A stretch of DNA of 23,308 nt from Armatimonadota bacterium (GTDB taxonomy: Bacteria > Sysuimicrobiota > Sysuimicrobiia > Sysuimicrobiales > Kaftiobacteriaceae). The first letter of the stretch is position 1. The number at the start of each line of letters is the position of its first letter. The stretch covers positions 1 to 23,308 of the forward strand of contig JBBIUY010000013.1 of the NCBI GenBank assembly GCA_037440005.1. Direction: 5' to 3'. The position numbers and the translations under genes were made by a program. Positions 16,947 to 23,308 of this stretch are shown here, piece by piece. The notes under the pieces are model-generated. The model ran no database searches. It was not told the DNA's origin and saw only the letters and a list, made by a program, of their open reading frames with translations.

Positions 16947-18268
16947 TCCGAGCCGGGATCTTGCCAGCGCCGGCGGTGCTGTGCCTGGTCGTCCTGTCCG
17001 CGCCGCCCGCCTTCTCTCAGGCGCCCCAGCGGCTGACGGTGCAGCAGGCGGTGGAGGTGGCCCTGCGGCAGAACCCGCAGCTGCAGGTGGCGGCCTACGA
17101 GGTCGCCATCGCCCGGGCCCAGCTGGCCCAGGCCCGGGCCGGCGCGGCGGTGCAGGTCAGCGCCCAGGGGAGCTACACCCGCACCCAGGAGCAGGAGCCG
17201 ACAACGCTGACCACACCCATCGGCCCGATGGCCCTGCCGGCCCCGTCGCCCAACGTCTACGACGCGCGGCTCGTGGTCCAGTACCCCCTGGCCACCGGCG
17301 GGCGGGTGGAGGCCCAGATCGCCATCGCCGAGGCAAACCTCCGGGGCGCCGAGGCCGCGTTCGAGCGGGTGCGCCAGCAGGTGGTCTTCAGCGTGCGGCA
17401 GGCCTACTACCAGGTGCTGCTGGCCCGGGCCAACCAGGCGGCGGCCGAACGGGCTCTGGAGCAGGCCACCGAGAATGTGCGGGTCGCCCGGGCGAGGGTG
17501 GCGGCCGGCGTCTCCCCGCGGTTCGACGAGGTGCAGGCCGAGGTGGCCCTGGCCAGCGCGCGGCAGGCCCTGGTGCGCGCGCGCAACGGCGTCGTTCAGG
17601 CCGTGCAGGCGCTGGCCGCCGCCCTGAACCTGCCGCTGGACACGCCGCTGGAGCCCGCGGACGGATTCGCCACGGAACCGGTCCAGACCCCGCTGCCGCA
17701 GCTGGTGGCCCGGGCCCTGGCGGCCCGCCCGGAGGTGGCCGAGCTGCAGGCGCGCCACGACGCGGCCCGGGCCGCGGTGGAGCTGGCGGCCAGCGGCGGC
17801 CGGGTCAACCTGGTCCTGTCGGGCGCCTACGCCTACTCCAACACCGGGGCCCTGGGCCCGGGGACCGACTTCGGGACCACCTGGAGCGTCACCCTGGCGG
17901 CCACCCTGGCCGTCGCCGACGGCGGCCTCAGTCGGGAACGGGTGGCCGAGGCTCAGGCGCGGCTGGCCCAGCTGCAGGCGGCTGTGACCCAGCAGCGGCA
18001 GGCCATCGAGGTCGAGGTCCGCCAGGCCTACCTGAACCTGCAGTCGGCGCAGGAGGAGCTGGCCGGCGCCGACGCCCTGGTGGCCCAGGCGGCGGAGGCG
18101 CTGCGGATCGCCCAGGTCCGCTTTGCGGCAGGGGTGGGCACCGCGCTGGAGGTCCTCACCGCCCAGGCGTCGCTCTCCCAGGCGGAGGCGGCCCGGGCTC
18201 AGGCGCAGTTCGCGTACAGCGTGGCGCGGGCGCAGCTGGAACGGGCGGTCGGGGAGGCGGTGCGGTAG
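16943..18268 (+). CDS. TolC/outer membrane efflux family protein
   Basis: Signal peptide (..AFS-Q), LTVQQAVEVALRQNPQL, two repeats with VRQAYY/VRQAYL, RFAAGVGTALEVLTAQ, LERAVG. Confidence 0.88.
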   Translation: MIRAGILPAPAVLCLVVLSAPPAFSQAPQRLTVQQAVEVALRQNPQLQVAAYEVAIARAQLAQARAGAAVQVSAQGSYTRTQEQEPTTLTTPIGPMALPAPSPNVYDARLVVQYPLATGGRVEAQIAIAEANLRGAEAAFERVRQQVVFSVRQAYYQVLLARANQAAAERALEQATENVRVARARVAAGVSPRFDEVQAEVALASARQALVRARNGVVQAVQALAAALNLPLDTPLEPADGFATEPVQTPLPQLVARALAARPEVAELQARHDAARAAVELAASGGRVNLVLSGAYAYSNTGALGPGTDFGTTWSVTLAATLAVADGGLSRERVAEAQARLAQLQAAVTQQRQAIEVEVRQAYLNLQSAQEELAGADALVAQAAEALRIAQVRFAAGVGTALEVLTAQASLSQAEAARAQAQFAYSVARAQLERAVGEAVR

Positions 18269-18270
18269 CC

Positions 18271-19551
18271 GTGACGCACCGGCGGCGGATCGTCCTGCCC
18301 GGGGTGGTCCTCCTGGCGGCGCTGGCCGCGTGGGGGGCGAGCGTCTGGCGGCGCGGGGAGCCTCCGGACGTGGTGCGGGGGTCCGGGATCATCGAGGCGG
18401 ACCAGGTCACCGTCGCCAGCAAGGTCCCCGGACGGATCGCCGTCCTGACGGTGGACGAGGGCGACGAGGTTCGGGCCGGCCAGGTGGTGGTCACCCTGGA
18501 CGGGCGGGAGCTGGACGCGCAGCTGGCGCAGGCCCGGGCTGCCCTGCTGGCCGCCCGGGCCCGGCTGGCCCAGGCACGCGCGTCCCTGGCGCTGCAGCAG
18601 CGTCAGGTGGACGCGTCCATCGCCCAGGCCCGGGCCGCCCTGGACGCGGCGCAGGCGCGGTTGAGCGAGGCCGAGCAGACCGCGGCGCTGACCGGCTCGC
18701 AGTCCCAGCTGGCGGTGGCCCAGGCCCAGGCGGCTGTGGAGGGGGCGCGGGCCACCTCCCGGGCGGCCGAGGCCGCCTGGAGGAAGGCCGAGGACGACCT
18801 GGCCCGGCTGGAGCCGCTGCTCCGGGAGGGGGCCGTCAGCGCCCAGCAGGTGGAGGCGGCGCGCGCCGCGCGGGACGCCGCCCGGGCGCAGTACGAGGCG
18901 GCGGTGCGGGCCGTTCAGCAGGCGGAGACGGCGTGGCGGCTGGCCGAGGCCAACCTCCAGCTGGCGGCGATCCGCGGCCGGGACGTCGAGGCCGCCCGCG
19001 CCCAGGTGCGTCAGGCGGAAGCCGCGCTGGCCGCCGCCGAGGCCGGCCGGGACGCCGTCGCCCAGCGGCGGGCCGACGTGGACGCCGCGGCGGCCCAGGT
19101 GGCCCAGGCCGAGGCCGCCGTCCGGGTCCTGCAGGTCCAGCGCGACGCCCTGGTGATCACCGCGCCCGCCGGCGGCGTGGTCCTGACCCGCCACGCCCGC
19201 GCCGGCGAGGTCATCACCCCCGGCGCCCCCATCCTCACCGTCGGCAACCTGGACCAGGTGTGGATCCGGCTGTACCTTCCCCTGCCGCAGCTGGGCCGGG
19301 TGGAGGTGGGCCAGAGGGCCGAGGTGACCACCGACGCCTTCCCGGGCCGGGTCTTTGCGGGCACCGTCACCGAGATCAGCCAGCAGGCGGAGTTCACGCC
19401 GCGCAACGTCCAGACGCCCGAGGAACGGGTCAAACTGGTGTTTGCGGTCACGGTGACCGTCCCCAACCCCGGCCACCTGCTCAAACCCGGGATGCCGGCG
19501 GACGCGGTCATCCGCATCGGGGAACGCGGGAACGCGGAAGCGCGGAGTTAG
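18271..19551 (+). CDS. HlyD/YbhG-like periplasmic adaptor protein
   Basis: 3' part of ORF 16981..19551. TM anchor, SGIIEA..VASKVPGRI..VDEGDEVRAGQ, long Ala/Gln coiled coil, ITAPAGG, AEFTPRNVQTPEERVKLVF, LKPGMPAD. Confidence 0.9.
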   Translation: MTHRRRIVLPGVVLLAALAAWGASVWRRGEPPDVVRGSGIIEADQVTVASKVPGRIAVLTVDEGDEVRAGQVVVTLDGRELDAQLAQARAALLAARARLAQARASLALQQRQVDASIAQARAALDAAQARLSEAEQTAALTGSQSQLAVAQAQAAVEGARATSRAAEAAWRKAEDDLARLEPLLREGAVSAQQVEAARAARDAARAQYEAAVRAVQQAETAWRLAEANLQLAAIRGRDVEAARAQVRQAEAALAAAEAGRDAVAQRRADVDAAAAQVAQAEAAVRVLQVQRDALVITAPAGGVVLTRHARAGEVITPGAPILTVGNLDQVWIRLYLPLPQLGRVEVGQRAEVTTDAFPGRVFAGTVTEISQQAEFTPRNVQTPEERVKLVFAVTVTVPNPGHLLKPGMPADAVIRIGERGNAEARS

Positions 19552-19614
19552 AGGGGAGAGGACGAAGGTGAGGAGCCCACCCTTCACCCTTCACCCTTCA
19601 CCCTCCAACCTCCA
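19550..19614. repeat. Heptamer tandem repeat (CCCTTCA)n with degenerate purine-rich upstream arm
   Basis: CCCTTCA x3 (19580-19600), CCCTCCA, ACCTCCA (to 19614); preceded by AGAGGGG AGAGGAC GAAGG TGAGGAG. Confidence 0.7.
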
Positions 19615-20542
19615 ACGCCCCTCAGGGGCCGCCATCGTCGCCCGGGATCTGACCAAGCGCTACGGCGCCACCGTCGCCGTGGACGGCGCCTCCCTGCAGG
19701 TCGGGCGGGGGGAAGTCGTCGGCCTGCTGGGCCCCGACGGGGCGGGCAAGACGACGCTGCTGCGCATGCTGTCCGCGGTCCTGTCTCCCGACGACGGCAC
19801 CGCGGAGGTGGCCGGCGCCGACATCCGCCGCGCCCCGGACCAGGTCAAGGCCCGGATCGGGTACATGCCGCAGGGGTTCGCCCTGTACGGCGACCTCACG
19901 GTCAGGGAAAACCTGCGCTTCGTCGCCGAGATGTTCGGGGTGCCTCGGGCGCTGATCGGCCCGCGGACGGACCGGCTGCTGGCGGCCAGCGGCCTGCAGA
20001 CCGCCGCCGACCGCCTGGCCGACCACCTGTCCGGGGGGATGCGCCAGAAGCTGGCCCTGGCGGCCGCCGTGATCCACGAGCCGGAGGTGCTGATCCTGGA
20101 CGAGCCCACCACCGGCGTGGACCCGGTGTCCCGGCGGGAGTTCTGGGAGATCCTGTACGACCTCAACCGGCAGGGCAGGACGATTCTGGTGGCCACCCCC
20201 TACATGGACGAGGCCGAGCGGTGCACCCGGGTGGCGCTGATGCACCAGGGGCGCATCCTGGCGGTGGAGGCCCCCCGGGCCCTGCGGGCCCGGATGCCCG
20301 GCGTCGTCGTGGAGGTGGTCGCCGCCCCCCGCCGCGCCGCGGTGCAGGCCGCGCGCGAGATCCCCGGCGTGGTCCGGGCGCACCTGTTCGGCCACGCCCT
20401 CCACGTGGTGGTGCCCCCCGACGCCGACGCCGCGTCCCTGGCCGACGCCCTGACCCGCCGGGGCGTCGCCGTGCACAGCGTGCGGGTCGTCGAGGCGTCC
20501 CTGGAGGACGTCTTCGTGGCCCTGCTGGCCGGCCATGGCTAG
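19568..20542 (+). CDS. ABC transporter ATP-binding protein (YbhF N-half-like)
   Basis: Walker A GPDGAGKT, LSGGMRQKL, ILDEPTTGVDPVSRREFW, ATPYMDEAE. Confidence 0.92.
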   Translation: MRSPPFTLHPSPSNLQRPSGAAIVARDLTKRYGATVAVDGASLQVGRGEVVGLLGPDGAGKTTLLRMLSAVLSPDDGTAEVAGADIRRAPDQVKARIGYMPQGFALYGDLTVRENLRFVAEMFGVPRALIGPRTDRLLAASGLQTAADRLADHLSGGMRQKLALAAAVIHEPEVLILDEPTTGVDPVSRREFWEILYDLNRQGRTILVATPYMDEAERCTRVALMHQGRILAVEAPRALRARMPGVVVEVVAAPRRAAVQAAREIPGVVRAHLFGHALHVVVPPDADAASLADALTRRGVAVHSVRVVEASLEDVFVALLAGHG

Positions 20543-21482
20543 TCCCGCCATCGAGGCCGTCGGCCTGACCCGCCGGTTCGGGGACGTGGTGGCGGTGGAC
20601 CACATCGACCTGTCCGTCCCCCGCGGGGAGGTGTTCGGGTTTCTGGGTCCCAACGGGGCCGGCAAGACCACCACCATCCGCATGCTGTGCGGCCTGCTGG
20701 CACCGTCGGAGGGGACCATCCGGGTGCTGGGCGTGGACGTGGCGCGGCAGCCCGAGGCGGTGAAATCGCGCATCGGCTACATGGTCCAGCGCGGAGCCCT
20801 GTACGCGGACCTGACGGTGGAAGAACTGCTGCACTTTTACGGGCGGATCTACGGCCTGCCGGGCCCGGAGCGCCGGCGCAAGGTGGCCGGGTGGATCCAG
20901 CGGGCGGGGCTGCAGGGCCGCGAGCGCCAGCTGGTGGGCACGCTGTCGGGAGGGTGGCGCCAGCGGCTGGCCCTGGGGTGCGCGGTCCTGCACCACCCCG
21001 ATTTGCTCCTGCTGGACGAGCCCACCTCCGGGACCGATCCGGTCCAGCGGCGGGAGTTCTGGGACCTCATCTACCGCTTCGCCGACGAGGGGACCACCGT
21101 CCTGGTCACCACCCACTACATGGACGAGGCCGAGCACTGCACCACCCTGGCGTTCATCCACCGCGGGCGCATCATCGCCCAGGGGCCGCCCGCCGAGGTC
21201 CGCCGGCGGGTGCTGGGGGACGGGGTGGTGGAGGTGGTGGCCGAGCCCTGGCAGGAGGCCCTCCAGATCCTGCGGGCGTGGCCCCCAGCCCGCAGCGCGG
21301 CCCTGTACGGGACGGCGGTGCACGTGGTGGCCGACGACCCTCGCCGCGCGGCGGCGGAGGCGCCGGAGGTCCTGCGGGCGCGGGGGCTGCGGGTGCACCG
21401 GGTGGAGGTGCGGCCGGCGTCTTTGGAAGACGTGTTCGTCCTGCTGATGGGGGCGGCCGGAGTGGGCGGGGAGGGGCGCTGA
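20535..21482 (+). CDS. ABC transporter ATP-binding protein (YbhF C-half-like)
   Basis: GPNGAGKT, LSGGWRQRL, LLDEPTSG, TTHYMDEAE. Confidence 0.92.
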   Translation: MASPAIEAVGLTRRFGDVVAVDHIDLSVPRGEVFGFLGPNGAGKTTTIRMLCGLLAPSEGTIRVLGVDVARQPEAVKSRIGYMVQRGALYADLTVEELLHFYGRIYGLPGPERRRKVAGWIQRAGLQGRERQLVGTLSGGWRQRLALGCAVLHHPDLLLLDEPTSGTDPVQRREFWDLIYRFADEGTTVLVTTHYMDEAEHCTTLAFIHRGRIIAQGPPAEVRRRVLGDGVVEVVAEPWQEALQILRAWPPARSAALYGTAVHVVADDPRRAAAEAPEVLRARGLRVHRVEVRPASLEDVFVLLMGAAGVGGEGR

Positions 21483-21486
21483 CGCC

Positions 21487-22614
21487 ATGGCCCGGCGGCT
21501 GACGGCCATGATCGTCAAGGAGTTCATCCAGCTGGTGCGGGACCCGCGCACCCTGGCCATGGCGGTGCTCATGCCAGTGGTCCAGCTGCTGCTGTTCGGC
21601 TACGCCGTGACCACCGACGTGGAGCGCCTGCCCACCCTGGTGGTGGACTACTCCCAGTCGGCGGAGAGCCGGGCCCTCGTCCAGCGGTTTGTGAACTCCC
21701 GCTACTTCCAGGTCCGGGGCACCACGTCCAGCCTGTCGGCGGTGGAGCGGGCTCTGGACCGGGGCACCGCCCGGGTGGGGATCGTGATCCCGCCGGAGTT
21801 CGCCCGCCAGCTGCGGGCGGGCCGGCCCACCTCCATCCAGGTGCTCGTGGACGCCAGCGACCCGCTGGTGGCCCGCAGCGCGCTGTCCACCGCCGAGGCC
21901 ATCGGCCAGCTCGCCTCCCTGGAGGTCGCCCGCGGGGTGCTGGGGCGGGCCGGCATCGTCGTGCAGGGCGTCCCCCTGGAGGTGCGCACCCGCGCCTGGT
22001 ACAACCCGGACCTGCGCAGCGTCAACTTCATGGTGCCGGGCCTGCTGGCCGTGATTCTGCAGATGCTCACCATGATCCTCACGGCGCTGGCCATCGTCCG
22101 GGAGCGGGAGCTGGGCACCCTGGAGCAGCTGGTGGCGACCCCCATCCGGCGGGGCGAACTGATGCTGGGCAAGATCCTCCCCTACGTGGTGCTGGGCTAC
22201 GTGGACATCACCCTGGCCCTGCTCATCGCCGCCTTCTGGTTCCGGGTGCCCATCCACGGCAGCCTGCTGCTGCTGTACGGCCTGGCGTTGATCTTCTACC
22301 TCACGTCCCTGGGCCAGGGGATCCTGATTTCCACCGTCTCGCGCACCCAGCGGCAGGCGATGCAGGCGTCGTTCTTCGCCTTCCTGCCCACCCTGCTGCT
22401 GTCGGGCTTCATGTTCCCGCGGGAGGGGATGCCGCCGGTGGTGCAGGGCATCGGGTACCTGCTGCCCCTGACCTACTTCCTGATCATCGTGCGGGGGATC
22501 ATCCTCAAAGGCGTCGGCGCCGCCGTCCTCCTGCCCCAGATCATCCCCCTGGCCGTCCTGGGCGCGCTGTTCTTCGCGGTCAGCGTGGTGCGCTTCCACA
22601 AGCGCCTGGACTGA
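21487..22614 (+). CDS. ABC-2 type permease (YbhR/YbhS-like)
   Basis: KEFIQLVRDPRTL, LLLFGYA, WYNPDL, VPGLL, IVRERELGTLEQL, LLSGFMFP, PLTYF. Confidence 0.92.
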   Translation: MARRLTAMIVKEFIQLVRDPRTLAMAVLMPVVQLLLFGYAVTTDVERLPTLVVDYSQSAESRALVQRFVNSRYFQVRGTTSSLSAVERALDRGTARVGIVIPPEFARQLRAGRPTSIQVLVDASDPLVARSALSTAEAIGQLASLEVARGVLGRAGIVVQGVPLEVRTRAWYNPDLRSVNFMVPGLLAVILQMLTMILTALAIVRERELGTLEQLVATPIRRGELMLGKILPYVVLGYVDITLALLIAAFWFRVPIHGSLLLLYGLALIFYLTSLGQGILISTVSRTQRQAMQASFFAFLPTLLLSGFMFPREGMPPVVQGIGYLLPLTYFLIIVRGIILKGVGAAVLLPQIIPLAVLGALFFAVSVVRFHKRLD

Positions 22615-22625
22615 CCCGTCCGTCC

Positions 22626-22653
22626 TTGACCGCCGCCCCTCCCCGTGTATCCT
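22626..22653 (+). promoter_or_regulatory. Sigma70-type promoter for the HAD gene
   Basis: TTGACC (22626-22631)-16 nt-TATCCT (22648-22653). Confidence 0.55.
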
Positions 22654-22670
22654 GGACCCGGGATGCGCGC

Positions 22671-23308
22671 ATGATCGCACGGAACGCTCCGCTGCGCCAC
22701 TGCCGGGCCGTCCTCTTCGACCTGGACGGCACCCTGCTGGACTCCCTGGCGGCCCACTACCGGGTGTACCGGCGGCTGTTTGCCCAGATGGGCGTGCCCT
22801 TCGACGAGGAGGCCTACCGCCGCCACTACTCGCCCAACTGGTACCTGTTCTACGAGCGCCTGGGCCTGCCCCGGGAGCGCTGGCCCGAGGCCGACCGGCT
22901 GTGGCTGGAGCACTACGCGCGGGAGACGGTGGACCCGCGCCCCGGCGCCGACCGGGCGCTCGCCGCCGTCCGGGCATCGGGTCGCGTGGTGGGGCTGGTC
23001 ACCTCCGGAGACCGCTCGCGGGTGGAACGCGACCTGGCCCGGGCGGGGTGGGAGGGGGTGTTTGACGTGGTGGTGTGCGGCGGCGACACCGCCGAGCGCA
23101 AGCCCCACCCGGCGCCGCTGCTGCACGCCCTGGACCAGGTGGGGCTGCCTCCGTCGGCCGCGGCCTACGTGGGGGACACCCTGGAGGACGTGCTTATGGG
23201 GAGGCGGGCCGGGACGGTCACCGTGGGGGTGGCCGGAGGATTCGCGCCCGCCGACGCTCTGGCCGGGGCGGACGTGCTCCTGGACAGCCTGGAGGCCCTG
23301 CCGGCGCT
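22671..23308 (+). CDS. HAD-superfamily phosphatase (Gph/PpaX-like), truncated by window end
   Basis: Not in the ORF track (no stop in window). My translation from ATG 22671: MIARNAPLRHCRAVLFDLDGTLLDS..GLVTS..KPHPAPL..YVGDTLEDV, i.e. HAD motifs I-IV. Confidence 0.88.
   Translation, partial: MIARNAPLRHCRAVLFDLDGTLLDSLAAHYRVYRRLFAQMGVPFDEEAYRRHYSPNWYLFYERLGLPRERWPEADRLWLEHYARETVDPRPGADRALAAVRASGRVVGLVTSGDRSRVERDLARAGWEGVFDVVVCGGDTAERKPHPAPLLHALDQVGLPPSAAAYVGDTLEDVLMGRRAGTVTVGVAGGFAPADALAGADVLLDSLEALPA

Noticed and set aside
16981..18270. 856-aa ORF read as a giant adaptor protein
   Set aside because: First half is an off-frame shadow of the TolC gene; the adaptor starts at GTG 18271.
11..23126. 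Many long antisense or alternative-frame ORFs (e.g. 57..1496, 3151..5115, 4736..7084, 5032..7248, 11039..13495, 13302..14840, 21172..22977)
   Set aside because: Expected from stop-codon scarcity at very high GC; no recognisable motifs and they overlap well-supported genes.

Overview
Very GC-rich bacterial chromosomal window (roughly three-quarters G+C by eye), almost all core/metabolic genes, with no mobile element, CRISPR array or RNA gene seen. In order: (1) a gene fusing an uncharacterised N-terminal region to a C-terminal Hfq/Sm-like domain; (2) a propionyl-CoA to succinyl-CoA cluster (carboxyltransferase, an inserted GNAT, biotin carboxylase, biotin carrier, methylmalonyl-CoA mutase large subunit, MeaB, epimerase); (3) a Firmicutes-like yabE-rsmA...ispE-nucleotidyltransferase-purR block interrupted by a PLP aminotransferase and a minus-strand LCP gene; (4) a TetR-TolC-HlyD-two ABC ATPases-permease efflux operon; (5) a HAD phosphatase cut by the window end. 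Most interesting: the Hfq-domain fusion, a SigH-like motif (GCAGGA-N15-CGGAATTCCC) repeated exactly before both the Hfq fusion and the GNAT, and purine/pyrimidine heptamer-repeat elements. All family calls are from motif recognition by eye; no searches were run.
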